64,000 nt of DNA, taken from positions 6,084 to 70,083 of the forward strand of contig CAMDHE010000002.1 in the NCBI GenBank assembly GCA_945898095.1, given 5' to 3'. How positions within the stretch are numbered: the first letter of the stretch is position 1; every line of letters begins with the position of its first letter. The notes under the pieces are model-generated. The model worked only from the letters and a program-made list of their open reading frames with translations. It made no database searches and was not told the DNA's origin. This document shows positions 1 to 9,200 of the stretch, piece by piece. A program made the position numbers and the translations under genes. Source of the stretch: Roseateles toxinivorans. Lineage in GTDB: Bacteria > Pseudomonadota > Gammaproteobacteria > Burkholderiales > Burkholderiaceae_C.

Positions 1-288
1 ATCCGCATCGAGGCACAGCCGCATCAAGGCCTCGCGACCGGCGGGTTGCTTGAGATCCAGAACCACGCTGCGCTTGCTGCGGTTGACATTCAAAAAAATC
101 GAGCCCATGCCGGGATTGCGCGCCGGGCCGATATGACGCGTGTTGTCACCGCCGGGCGCTTCGACCTTGATGACGTCTGCACCCATGTCGCCCATCAACT
201 GCGTGGCAAATGGGCCCATGAGCACCGTGGTCATGTCCACCACCTTGAGCCCGTCGAGTGGACGCGGCTTGGATGCGGCAGTCGTCAT
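1..288 (-). CDS. Family III CoA-transferase (CaiB/BaiF-like), first 96 codons only; gene runs off the window start
   Basis: Own reverse translation from ATG at 286-288: MTTAASKPRPLDGLKVVDMTTVLMGPFATQLMGDMGADVIKVEAPGGDNTRHIGP... This N-terminus is typical of family III CoA-transferases. ATGA overlap with the stop of the upstream IclR gene. Not in the ORF track because it is truncated. Confidence 0.75.
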   Translation of the reverse strand, partial: MTTAASKPRPLDGLKVVDMTTVLMGPFATQLMGDMGADVIKVEAPGGDNTRHIGPARNPGMGSIFLNVNRSKRSVVLDLKQPAGREALMRLCLDAD

Positions 289-1028
289 GCGGCAATCCCC
301 TGGATGTCGACGGAGGCCTTGAACAAAGCCGCTAGTTGTGTTTCCAGCTTGGGGCGCATCCTGGTGGCCGGTCCCACGATCGACATGCCGTACCAGTCCG
401 AGCCGATGCGCACCGGAACTGCGGCGGCCAAGGCATCCGCTACCGTCTCGCCGTCATTGCAGAACCAGCCGCGTTCGCGACCGCGCTCGAGGTCGGCCCG
501 CAGAGCCGCCGCCGAACGCAGGGTATTGGCCGAATGCGCTCGGTAGGACAGTCGCGACAGAAGCTTCTCGGTTTCCGTCGCGGTCATCGTCGAGACGATC
601 GCCTTGCCCATCGAATTGGCGTGGATATCACGCGTCTCGCCGACGGAAACGGCAAACCGAATCGAGTGGCGCGATTCCTGAACGTCCAGGTAGACCACCT
701 CGGTGTCGCGGCGCTGGGCGAGGCACACGGTCTCGCCCACGTCATCCCGCAATCGCGCGAGTCGAGCCCTCACCGCCGGCGAGACCAGGTCGTTGTCGAG
801 GATGGTCCGGGCGATGTCGTAGAGCCGGCGTGTCGGATACAGCGCTCCCCTTGCCTTCGCAGCATAGAGATAGCCTCGATCCTCGACTGCGCGCACGAGG
901 TTGAAACAACTCGACGTTGGAATGGCCAAGCGCTCTGCCAATTCGCTGAGGGACGCAGAGCGGCCAAGCTCGGCGAACACTTCGAATAGGCGCAGAACGC
1001 GAACTTCTGACTTGGTGTCCATGGTCAA
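285..1028 (-). CDS. IclR family transcriptional regulator
   Basis: 247-aa ORF. N-terminal wHTH (VLRLFEVFAELGRSASLSELAERLAIPTSSCFNLVRAVEDRGYL) and C-terminal IclR effector domain pattern. Confidence 0.9.
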   Translation of the reverse strand: MTMDTKSEVRVLRLFEVFAELGRSASLSELAERLAIPTSSCFNLVRAVEDRGYLYAAKARGALYPTRRLYDIARTILDNDLVSPAVRARLARLRDDVGETVCLAQRRDTEVVYLDVQESRHSIRFAVSVGETRDIHANSMGKAIVSTMTATETEKLLSRLSYRAHSANTLRSAAALRADLERGRERGWFCNDGETVADALAAAVPVRIGSDWYGMSIVGPATRMRPKLETQLAALFKASVDIQGIAA

Positions 1029-1134
1029 TAATTCGTGTACATGAATTCATAATACACCCACGCGAATTAATGATTTGTCGGTGACTACCCTTATCGGCGA
1101 ACGCGGCGGCGAAGGCGAAAAACGGCTCTCGACG

Positions 1135-1415
1135 GAACGGATCATCTCAGCCCACTTGAATCTTCAAATGGTCAATCAACTTGCGTCATTTCTCGACTGC
1201 CGCCTTCAGGCCATTACCTGTAGCTGCAGCTCGACAGTTTGTCCTCGATCGATGACAGTTCGTGCATATTTACCCTCATACCATTGCCGGAATTTGAAAT
1301 CAAGCGCGAGGCGCTCTACAAGGCCCTGCGCCCCAATTCGCAGCCGCGGCTTGATACCGTTCAGCGAGTGTGCAGGGCATTGGGCGTCAAGTTGACTGCC
1401 ACTGTTGCCGGTTGA
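1135..1415 (+). pseudogene. Decayed HigA-type 'addiction module antidote' (HTH antitoxin) remnant, frameshifted, no partner toxin
   Basis: Frame ending at TGA 1413-1415 reads ...FEIKREALYKALRPNSQPRLDTVQRVCRALGVKLTATVAG*, the characteristic C-terminus of this antidote family. The N-terminal-like part (..ISAHLNLQMVNQLASFLDCRL..) is in another frame, with a TAG at 1221 between them. No clean start codon. Confidence 0.4.
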
Positions 1416-1429
1416 AATGCATGTCAACC

Positions 1430-1597
1430 TAAGGATGCTCTGCATAACTCAACGCGAGTGTGTGCAGTGCGGATCGGGATGGGATGCAAGGCGCATTTTG
1501 CGGCCAATAGCGCGTGCTATTGGCAAGAAATGCAACGCCGCAGACCGCCCGAGGCCGCGCTATCAAAAACCGTGAGGGGTTATGCAGAGCATCCCTA
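1430..1597 (+). mobile_element. MITE-like element, copy A (168 nt including TA/TA flanks)
   Basis: TA|AGGATGCTCTGCATAAC ... GTTATGCAGAGCATCCC|TA terminal inverted repeats. Internal hairpin GCATTTtgcGGCCAATAGCgcgtGCTATTGGCaagAAATGC. Near-identical copies at 2939 and 32815. Confidence 0.8.
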
Positions 1598-1761
1598 AGA
1601 CGCTGGCGTCCGTGATGCTCGATCACCAATAGGCTGGTGTCAGACCGCTGCGTCAATGTGCTTCACGCCGCCTTGATCGTGGCTCCAGTTACTTTGCTGT
1701 TCGGACAACCGGAGCCACCTTACTTTGACCGCAGCCAAGCTGGAAGGTTTGCTCGCCTGAC

Positions 1762-2931
1762 TCAAGCCGACCGCAGGCAATCGACGATCTTCATCCTCGC
1801 CGCCCGCCAGGCCGGGATGAAGCCCCCGACCACCCCCATGAACAGCGCGAAGGCCAGCGTCTGCCAGGCGATCGTCGGCGTCAGTTTGAACTGGAAGGCC
1901 AGTTCGGCAAAGGTCTGAAAATTGGTGGTCGAGATATTCACCGTCTGCATCAATGAAGCCGCGCCCAACCCGATCAGGCCGCCGACCAAGGAGAGCAGCA
2001 TCGCCTCGCTCAGGAAGGCGATCAGCACCGCGCCGCGCCTGAAGCCCAGGGCGCGCAGGGTGCCGATCTCGCCAACTCGTGAAGCGACTGCGGCGAACAT
2101 CGTGATCATGGCGCCGACGATCGCGCCGACCGAGAAGATCACCGACAGCGACATGCCCAGAATGCTGATGAAGTTCGCCAACGCCTCAGATTGCTCGGCA
2201 TAAAAGCGCTGCTCGGGTTTGAGTTCGACGGTCAGCCTCGGGTCGGACTCAAGCGCGGCCTTGATCAAGTCGAACTGACTCGCATCGGCGAGGCGAAAAA
2301 CCAGCGTCGAATAGCTGCCGCGCCGGAAGGCCTGCAACATCTGGTCGGCATCGCCCCAGATCTCCGAATCGAATCCCGAGCGACCGGCATCGAAGACGCC
2401 GACCACCACCCAGTCGCGGCCGGCGAAGCGCAAAGTCTCGCCAAGCCCTGCACCCTGGAAACCGCGCGAGATCGCGCGCCCGGTGACGATCTCCGAGGTG
2501 CCTGGGCGGAACATGCGACCCTCGATGATCTGCACTTGTGGGCGCATCTGCAAGCCACGCAAACTGGTGCCGCGCACCGTCACATTGCTCGGCTTGCCGC
2601 TGCCGCGCTTGGGCAGGTTGTTCAGCACCACCGGCTCCTTGCTCAGCAGCGGCTGACCGGTGGCATCGGTAGCGATGCCGGCCAGACTCTCGAGGATCGC
2701 CGCCTGGGATCGCTCGACCGAGCTGTTGATCTCGGCCCCAGCGCCTTTGCGCAGCACGATCACGTTATCGGGCTGGCCGGTCGCCACCAGCGTCGCGCGT
2801 ATGCCCTCGCTCATCATCAGCACGGTGGCAAACACATAGACCACCAGCGCCATGCCGCCGGCGGTCAGCAGCGTCGTGAAGCGCCTCACCCAGAGGTTGC
2901 GGGCGATATAGGAAAAAGGAATAGGTTTCAT
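1762..2931 (-). CDS. ABC transporter permease, FtsX/MacB-like (second permease of the operon)
   Basis: 389-aa ORF. N-terminal TM helix, large periplasmic domain and C-terminal FtsX-type 3-TM bundle. Same strand as ATPase and adaptor genes upstream. Confidence 0.9.
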   Translation of the reverse strand: MKPIPFSYIARNLWVRRFTTLLTAGGMALVVYVFATVLMMSEGIRATLVATGQPDNVIVLRKGAGAEINSSVERSQAAILESLAGIATDATGQPLLSKEPVVLNNLPKRGSGKPSNVTVRGTSLRGLQMRPQVQIIEGRMFRPGTSEIVTGRAISRGFQGAGLGETLRFAGRDWVVVGVFDAGRSGFDSEIWGDADQMLQAFRRGSYSTLVFRLADASQFDLIKAALESDPRLTVELKPEQRFYAEQSEALANFISILGMSLSVIFSVGAIVGAMITMFAAVASRVGEIGTLRALGFRRGAVLIAFLSEAMLLSLVGGLIGLGAASLMQTVNISTTNFQTFAELAFQFKLTPTIAWQTLAFALFMGVVGGFIPAWRAARMKIVDCLRSA

Positions 2932-2938
2932 CGTGAGC

Positions 2939-3106
2939 TAAGGATGCTATGCATAACTCAGCGCGAGCGGGTGCGGTGCGGATCGGGATGGGATGCAAGG
3001 CGCAGTTTGCGGCCAATAGCGCGTGCTATTGGCAAGAAATGCAACGCCGCAGACCGCCCGAGGCCGGGCTAGCACAAGCCGTGAGGGGTTATGCAGAGCA
3101 TCCCTA
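2939..3106 (+). mobile_element. MITE-like element, copy B, inside the ABC operon between the two permease genes
   Basis: Same TIRs and TA flanks as copy A. About 10 mismatches to copy A by manual alignment. Ends 7 nt from the start codon (2931) of the downstream permease. Confidence 0.8.
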
Positions 3107-3151
3107 AGCCACCCGCGGCTTGCGATGCGGGATGTCGGGCAAGGAGATCCG

Positions 3152-4309
3152 TCAAGCCACATTGCGCAAGCCCTGGACGATGTCGATGCGGCTCATCTTC
3201 AAGGCCGGCCAAGCCGCCGCCACGGTGCCGACGACCAGCGCCGCCAGCATCTGCAAGCCGATCGTCTGCAGCGAGACCTGGAAAGCCGGCAACAAGGTGC
3301 CTGCAGCCCGGGCGAATGCAGCGGCCAGCGGCAGGGTCAGCAGCACGCCGGCCAAGCCGCCGAGGATGGCAATGAACAGGCTCTCGCCGAACAGCAGCTT
3401 GACCACAAAAGCCGGGGCGAACCCGAGCGCTTTCAGGGTTGCATATTCGGACAAGCGCTCGCGTGCCGTCATCGTCATCGTGTTGGCCATCACCGCCATG
3501 ATGATGACGATAATGATGTAGCTGACTGCCTCGATCGCCACCAGAATCGCCTCGCTCATCGAGACGAAACTGAGCTGGAAAGCCGATTCGGTTTCGGTCA
3601 AGGTCTCGGCCAGCGAGTTCTTGAACTGCGCGTCGATCCGCTGCGAAATCAGCGCAGCATTCGGCGGGTCATTGATGCCGACGATGTAGACACCCACATA
3701 GTCGGCCCGGCCGGGTAGGCGTTTGCGCAGCGATTCGTTCACGAAAGCCCAATGGAACAGCATCTGACTCTCGTCGGTTTTCGCCTCGGCGCCGTCCCAG
3801 ATGCCGCGCAGGGTGAAGGTCCAGGTACCAGGGTAAATCGTGCCGCGCAGTGGGATCTGGTCGCCGACCTTCCAGCCGAATTTTTCGGCCAGCTTGCGCC
3901 CGACGATGGCGCCCTGGCGGTCGCGGATGAAGGCCAGTCGCTCTTCGTCCTTGAGCCGGTATTCGGGATAAAGCGCCAGATAGCTGGCCGGCTCGACCGC
4001 AAACTGCGGGAAAAAATTGCGCTCGGTGATGTACACGCCACCAAACCAGTTGGCCCAGGAAACGCCTTGTACGCCCTCGACGGCCTTGATCCGCTGCAGG
4101 TAATTCAGCGGCAGCGGGAAGGTCAGGGAAATCGCGCTGCGCGCCACCAGCCTTGTGCTGCTCGAGGCTTCGACGCCGGCATACCAGGCACCGATGATCG
4201 TTCGCAGCAGGCCAAAAGCGCAGATCGCGACCACCAGGCCGACCATGGTCAAGCTGGTGCGCAGCTTGTGGCGGAAGGCGTTTTTCAGCAGCAGCTTGAA
4301 GATGAACAT
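3152..4309 (-). CDS. ABC transporter permease, FtsX/MacB-like (first permease)
   Basis: 385-aa ORF with the same architecture as 1762..2931. 3-nt gap to the ATPase gene. Confidence 0.9.
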   Translation of the reverse strand: MFIFKLLLKNAFRHKLRTSLTMVGLVVAICAFGLLRTIIGAWYAGVEASSSTRLVARSAISLTFPLPLNYLQRIKAVEGVQGVSWANWFGGVYITERNFFPQFAVEPASYLALYPEYRLKDEERLAFIRDRQGAIVGRKLAEKFGWKVGDQIPLRGTIYPGTWTFTLRGIWDGAEAKTDESQMLFHWAFVNESLRKRLPGRADYVGVYIVGINDPPNAALISQRIDAQFKNSLAETLTETESAFQLSFVSMSEAILVAIEAVSYIIIVIIMAVMANTMTMTARERLSEYATLKALGFAPAFVVKLLFGESLFIAILGGLAGVLLTLPLAAAFARAAGTLLPAFQVSLQTIGLQMLAALVVGTVAAAWPALKMSRIDIVQGLRNVA

Positions 4310-4312
4310 CGA

Positions 4313-5023
4313 TCAGACCGGCTGGGCCGGCAAACTTTCATCGGGCACCAGCTCGCCCTTTTCAAGATGCACGATGCGCCGTGCACGCGCTGCCGCCTTT
4401 GGGTCATGGGTGACCATCACGATGGTCTTGCCCAGGCTGCGATTGAGCTCGACCAGCAAGTCCAGCACCTCGGTGCCGGTTTGGCGGTCAAGGTCTCCGG
4501 TCGGCTCGTCGGCGACGATCAGCGTCGGGTCGCTGACCAGGGCGCGCGCGATCGCCACGCGCTGCTGCTGGCCACCCGACAGCTCGTTCGGGTAATGGTC
4601 CATGCGGTCGTCGAGCCGAACCATATGCAAGGCGGTCAGCACATGCTCGCGCCGCTGCTTGGCCGACAAATGGGTCAGCAGCAGCGGCAGCTCGACGTTC
4701 TCGAACGCGCTGAGCACCGGCATCAGGTTGTAGAACTGGAAAATGAACCCGACATTGCGCGCCCGCCAGTCGGCCAGTTCGCCTTCGCTGAGCGTGGCGA
4801 TGTCGATGCCGCCGATCTCGATCCGGCCGCTGCTGGGCTTGTCGATGCCCGCGATCAGGTTCAGCAAGGTGCTCTTGCCCGATCCACTGGGGCCCATCAA
4901 GGCGACGAAATCGCCGGCCATCACATCGAGCTGCAGCTCGGTCAGCACCGCAATGTCCTGTCCGCCGCGCTGATAGCCTTTGGACAGATCGCGGATCTTG
5001 ATCAATGGCGTTTCCACGCTCAT
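4313..5023 (-). CDS. ABC transporter ATP-binding protein (MacB/LolD-type NBD)
   Basis: Walker A GPSGSGKSTLLN, signature LSGGQQQRVAIARAL, Walker B LIVADEPTGDLD. 4-nt overlap with the adaptor gene. Confidence 0.95.
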   Translation of the reverse strand: MSVETPLIKIRDLSKGYQRGGQDIAVLTELQLDVMAGDFVALMGPSGSGKSTLLNLIAGIDKPSSGRIEIGGIDIATLSEGELADWRARNVGFIFQFYNLMPVLSAFENVELPLLLTHLSAKQRREHVLTALHMVRLDDRMDHYPNELSGGQQQRVAIARALVSDPTLIVADEPTGDLDRQTGTEVLDLLVELNRSLGKTIVMVTHDPKAAARARRIVHLEKGELVPDESLPAQPV

Positions 5024-6276
5024 TTGCTGACCAGGCTGACCTGCATGCCGGCTTTCAGGCTGGCCACCGGCGCCAGCACCAGCCGTTCACCCGACTTCAG
5101 CGCACCGCTGATTTCGATCACATCGCCGAGCTTTCGGCCCGGCTTCACCTCGACCGCTTCGAGCATGTCCTTGTCGCCCTCGCGCTTGATGCGCAGCAAC
5201 CATTGCTTGCCATCGCGCTCGAGCAAGGCCTTCGGATTCACCGCCAGCACCGGCTGCTGCTCGGCCGTCGTCGGCGCCTGCGATAAAAAGCTGACCTTGG
5301 CGCTCATCTCGGGCAGGATGCGCGGGTCGAGTGTCTCGAACTGCACCTTGGTCATCACCGTCGCCTTGGCGCGGTCGACCGTCGGCACGATACCGGCGAC
5401 CTTGCCGCGCAAGCGCAGGCCCGGCAGGGCGTCGAGCGTGATCTCGACCGGCGCACCAGCAACGACCTTGGACAAGCTGCTTTCCGACACATCGGCCTCG
5501 ACCTCGAGCGTGCTCAGGTCGGCCATCGTCACCACCGCCCCCTGCGAGCCAGCCGCATTCGAGAACGGCGTGATGATGTCGCCGACATTGGCATTCTTGT
5601 TCAGCACCACACCGTCAAAAGGCGCGCGGATCTCGGTGAAATCGCGCATCACCTGCTGCACATTCAACTGCGCTTGAGCTTGCAGCAACGAAGCCTGGGC
5701 CGAACCCACTCCGGCCTGCGCAGACAGTTGGCCGGCGCGCGCCGCATCGAGCCGGCGCTGCGCCGCATCGAGCGCCTGCGACGATACAAAGCCCTGCGCC
5801 TGCAAGCTCTTGCTGCGCTGCATCTCGGCATCGGCATTGCCCAGCTCGACCTCGGCCTGGCGCACTTGCGCCTGTGCCTGCCGCACCCCCGCCTCGCCCT
5901 GGCGCACGCCGGCTTGCGCGGCGCCGATCGCCGCCTGCACATCGCTGGCATCGAGCCGCGCGATCAACTGGCCTTTCAGCAGCCGGCTGCCTTCGCGCAC
6001 ATTCAGCTCGATCAAGCGCCCGGTCGCCTTCGATGCGACTGCAGCCCGGCGCTGCGCGACGACATAACCCGAAGCGGTCAGCTGCAGGTATTGCTGCGAG
6101 GGATAACTCTGCAGCACCGAAGTAGCCTGCACTTCGGGCTTGCGCGGCGCCATTGCCATCCAGGCGCCGCCGATCAGCAGCAAAGCGCCAAGCAGCCAGG
6201 GCCAGGTCTTGCGCCGGCGCTTGGCCTGCGGCGCCTGCCTGTCGATAGTGAGCGGGCCTGTTGTCGAGTCTGCCAT
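5020..6276 (-). CDS. Efflux transporter periplasmic adaptor subunit (HlyD/MacA family)
   Basis: ORF 5020..6402 trimmed to ATG at 6276 (MADSTTGPL...). TM anchor WPWLLGALLLIGGAW, long coiled-coil (QAQVRQAEVELGNADAE...) and beta-barrel domain. The longer start would overlap mnmA. Confidence 0.9.
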   Translation of the reverse strand: MADSTTGPLTIDRQAPQAKRRRKTWPWLLGALLLIGGAWMAMAPRKPEVQATSVLQSYPSQQYLQLTASGYVVAQRRAAVASKATGRLIELNVREGSRLLKGQLIARLDASDVQAAIGAAQAGVRQGEAGVRQAQAQVRQAEVELGNADAEMQRSKSLQAQGFVSSQALDAAQRRLDAARAGQLSAQAGVGSAQASLLQAQAQLNVQQVMRDFTEIRAPFDGVVLNKNANVGDIITPFSNAAGSQGAVVTMADLSTLEVEADVSESSLSKVVAGAPVEITLDALPGLRLRGKVAGIVPTVDRAKATVMTKVQFETLDPRILPEMSAKVSFLSQAPTTAEQQPVLAVNPKALLERDGKQWLLRIKREGDKDMLEAVEVKPGRKLGDVIEISGALKSGERLVLAPVASLKAGMQVSLVSK

Positions 6277-6299
6277 GAGGTTTTCAGTTTCAGAGTTGA

Positions 6300-7436
6300 T
6301 CAAAGAAATGCGCTTGATTCGCCGGCCGAGGCGATCACGCCGCCGCCCAGACAAACCTCGCCATCGTACAGAACTGCGCTCTGTCCCGGCGTGACCGCCC
6401 ATTGCGGCTGATCGAAGCGCAGCGTGAAACTGCCAAGGCCAGGCTCATAGCTGCATCCAGCATCGCTCTGCCGGTAGCGGGTCTTGGCGCCGAAGCGGCC
6501 GGCCGATGGTTCAGCGCCGGTCCAGCTGAGATCGTCGGCGACCAGCAGATGGCTTTGCAGCCAGGGGTGAGCATGGCCTTGCACCACGTAAAGCGTATTG
6601 CTGGCGAGGTCCTTGCGGGCGACGAACCAGGGTTGATGGTCGCCGCCGCCGCGCGGTTGACCCTTTTCCTTCACGCCGCCGATGCCCAGGCCTTGGCGCT
6701 GGCCCAAGGTGTAAAAGGACAGGCCGACATGCTCACCGAGTTTGCGGCCGCGTTCGTCCTTGATCGGCCCGGGCTGGTGCGCCAGATAGCGGTTGAGAAA
6801 TTCGCGGAACGGCCGCTCGCCGATGAAGCAGATGCCGGTCGAGTCCTTCTTGCGGGCGTTCGGCAGCTCGATCGATTCGGCGATGCGGCGCACTTCGGTC
6901 TTGTGCAACTCGCCGATCGGAAACAGCGTTTTCGACAGCTGGGCCTGGTTCAAGCGGTGCAGGAAATAGCTCTGATCCTTGGCTGGATCGACGCCCTTGA
7001 GCAACTGGGTCTGGCCGCTGAGCTCGCGGGTCCTGGCGTAATGCCCGGTGGCAATCTTGTCGGCGCCCAGCCGCATCGCATGGTCGAGAAAAGCCTTGAA
7101 CTTGATCTCGGCATTGCACAGCACATCGGGGTTGGGCGTGCGGCCGGCAGCATATTCATGCAGGAAAGCGGCGAACACCCGCTCCTTGTAATCGGCAGCG
7201 AAGTTGACATGCTCGATCTCGATTCCGATCACATCGGCCACTGCGGCCGCGTCGATGAAGTCGATGTTCGACAAACAGAATTCATCGTCGTCATCGCCTT
7301 CCCAATTCTTCATGAAGATGCCGATGACTTCATGCCCCTGCTGCTTGAGCAGGTAGGCTGTAACGGCCGAATCGACGCCGCCGGACAGGCCGACAACGAT
7401 GCGTTGCTTTGAATTCATTGCTGAATTGTCCTGCAA
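6300..7436 (-). CDS. mnmA: tRNA 2-thiouridine(34) synthase MnmA
   Basis: PP-loop [12 protein letters not shown] and conserved MnmA core (GHYAR, CFIGER...). Alternative start at 7418. Confidence 0.95.
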   Translation of the reverse strand: MQDNSAMNSKQRIVVGLSGGVDSAVTAYLLKQQGHEVIGIFMKNWEGDDDDEFCLSNIDFIDAAAVADVIGIEIEHVNFAADYKERVFAAFLHEYAAGRTPNPDVLCNAEIKFKAFLDHAMRLGADKIATGHYARTRELSGQTQLLKGVDPAKDQSYFLHRLNQAQLSKTLFPIGELHKTEVRRIAESIELPNARKKDSTGICFIGERPFREFLNRYLAHQPGPIKDERGRKLGEHVGLSFYTLGQRQGLGIGGVKEKGQPRGGGDHQPWFVARKDLASNTLYVVQGHAHPWLQSHLLVADDLSWTGAEPSAGRFGAKTRYRQSDAGCSYEPGLGSFTLRFDQPQWAVTPGQSAVLYDGEVCLGGGVIASAGESSAFL

Positions 7437-7934
7437 TCAAGCCTTGATCCGGGGCGCATAGAGCGACCGGTCAACCACGATCGCATCGAGCGGCAGGCGC
7501 TTGCCGGCCAGATAGTCCTCGATGCATTGCAGCACCAGCGGGCTGCGGTGCCGATCGACGCTGGCGCGCAACTCGTCGATCGTCATCCACAGGCTGCGCA
7601 AGATGCCATGGTCGAGCTGCATGCCAGGCACCTCGGCGCCGACGCGGCCGCAGAACGCAATGCGCAAATAGGTCACATCTTCCTGGCTGGCCGGGCGGAC
7701 AAAGCGCGCCATATAAATGCCGACCATCGCCTCGGCCTCGAAGGGTCTGGCGGTTTCTTCCAGCGCCTCGCGAACCACCGCTTGCAGCGGAGATTCCCCC
7801 GGATCAAGGTGTCCGGCCGGGTTGTTCAACTGCAAGCCTTCGGGGGTCTCTTCTTCAACCAACAGGAAGCGGCCGCCCTCCTCGATCACCGCCGCGACCG
7901 TGACGCTGGGTTTCCATCGCTCTTTTTTTGACAT
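7437..7934 (-). CDS. NUDIX hydrolase
   Basis: Nudix box GHLDPGESPLQAVVREALEETA. Directly abuts the mnmA start. Confidence 0.9.
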   Translation of the reverse strand: MSKKERWKPSVTVAAVIEEGGRFLLVEEETPEGLQLNNPAGHLDPGESPLQAVVREALEETARPFEAEAMVGIYMARFVRPASQEDVTYLRIAFCGRVGAEVPGMQLDHGILRSLWMTIDELRASVDRHRSPLVLQCIEDYLAGKRLPLDAIVVDRSLYAPRIKA

Positions 7935-8055
7935 GCATCGCTCTCAATTCTGCATTTCGTGACTTCACCGGCACAGATTGCCTCCACTATTGTGTAAGCT
8001 GCGCGGACTCGACGTTTGAAATATTGCAATTGCCCTGATGGGCGCAGGAGGCTTC

Positions 8056-9198
8056 ATGCTGATAGGTGTTCCGCGCGAAAGCGCTGCCGGTGAAACTCGC
8101 GTGGCGGCCACGCCTGAAACGGTGAAGAAACTGAAAGCCCTGGGCCATCAGTTGCAGGTCGAGACCGGTGCCGGCTTGCTGGCCAGCGTGACCGATGAAG
8201 CTTATGCAGCCGCAGGCGCTGAAATCGTCGATCGGGCTGCCGCCTTTGGTGCTGGCTTGCTGCTCAAGGTCAGAAGCCCTGACGCCGCAGAGATGGCGCT
8301 GATCAAGCCCGGCACGGCGCTGGTCGGCATGCTCAACCCCTTTGACCGCGAAGGCCTGCAGGCGCTGGCGACTGCCGGGCTGACCAGTTTTGCGCTCGAA
8401 GCCGCGCCGCGCACTTCACGCGCACAGAGCATGGACGTGCTGTCGAGCCAGGCCAATATCGCCGGCTACAAGGCGGTGATGATCGCCGCCGACCGCTACC
8501 AGCGCTTCTTCCCGATGCTGATGACGGCGGCCGGTACGGTCAAGGCCGCACGCGTCGTCGTGCTCGGCGTTGGCGTGGCCGGGTTGCAGGCAATCGCCAC
8601 GGCCAAGCGGCTCGGCGCGGTGATCGAAGCCTCCGACGTGCGGCCTTCGGTGAAAGAGCAGGTCGAAAGCCTCGGCGGCAAGTTCATCGAGGTTTCGTAC
8701 GACACGGATGAAGAAAAAGAAGCTGCTGTTGGCGTTGGCGGCTATGCCAGACCGATGCCGCAAAGCTGGCTCGACCGGCAGCGGCTCGAAGTCGCCAAGC
8801 GGATTGCGCAAGCCGACGTGGTGATCAGCACCGCGCTGATCCCGGGCCGCGCCGCGCCGGTGCTGGTCAGCGAGGAAATGGTCAAAAGCATGAAGCCGGG
8901 GTCGGTGATCGTCGACCTGGCTGCAGGCAAGGGCCCGATCGGCCCGCATGGCGAGGCCGGCGGCAACTGCCCATTGACCGAAGCGGGGCGCACGGTGCTC
9001 AGGCATGGTGTGACCCTGGTCGGCGAGACCAATCTGCCCGCGCTGGTGGCGGCTGATGCCTCGGCGCTCTATGCGCGCAATATCCTGGACTTTCTGAAGC
9101 TGGTGATCGACAAGGAAGGCAAGTTCCAGGTCCCCATGGAAGACGACATCGTGGCGGCCTGCCTGATGACGCAAAACGGCGAAATCAAACGGAGCTGA
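8056..9198 (+). CDS. pntAA: NAD(P) transhydrogenase subunit alpha, part 1
   Basis: MLIGVPRESAAGETRVAATPETVKKL... dI domain with Rossmann motif VLGVGVAGLQA. ATG at 8056 is preceded by AGGAGG. The track ORF starts at 8038. Confidence 0.93.
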   Translation: MLIGVPRESAAGETRVAATPETVKKLKALGHQLQVETGAGLLASVTDEAYAAAGAEIVDRAAAFGAGLLLKVRSPDAAEMALIKPGTALVGMLNPFDREGLQALATAGLTSFALEAAPRTSRAQSMDVLSSQANIAGYKAVMIAADRYQRFFPMLMTAAGTVKAARVVVLGVGVAGLQAIATAKRLGAVIEASDVRPSVKEQVESLGGKFIEVSYDTDEEKEAAVGVGGYARPMPQSWLDRQRLEVAKRIAQADVVISTALIPGRAAPVLVSEEMVKSMKPGSVIVDLAAGKGPIGPHGEAGGNCPLTEAGRTVLRHGVTLVGETNLPALVAADASALYARNILDFLKLVIDKEGKFQVPMEDDIVAACLMTQNGEIKRS

Positions 9199-9200
9199 AT

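Noticed and set aside
1075-1395. 106-aa plus-strand ORF in the IclR/ABC spacer
   Set aside because: It is Cys/Ser/Arg-rich nonsense for most of its length. The only meaningful similarity in this region is the out-of-frame antitoxin remnant, which is reported as a pseudogene.
1429-1656. Recurrent small 'protein' (75, 71 and 67 aa; ..ALHNPSRF..ARPRAVCGVAF(L/I)ANSTRYWPQ..) at 1429..1656, 2947..3162 and 32814..33017
   Set aside because: The repetition comes from the nucleotide-level MITE. The ORFs run through inverted repeats, start or stop outside the element at different places, and have no coding signature.
3752-5677. 641-aa plus-strand ORF spanning the ABC permease, ATPase and adaptor region
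   Set aside because: It lies antisense to three well-supported minus-strand genes with clear motifs. Its product is Arg/Gly/Ala/Gln-rich low-complexity sequence, typical of stop-poor antisense frames in high-GC DNA.
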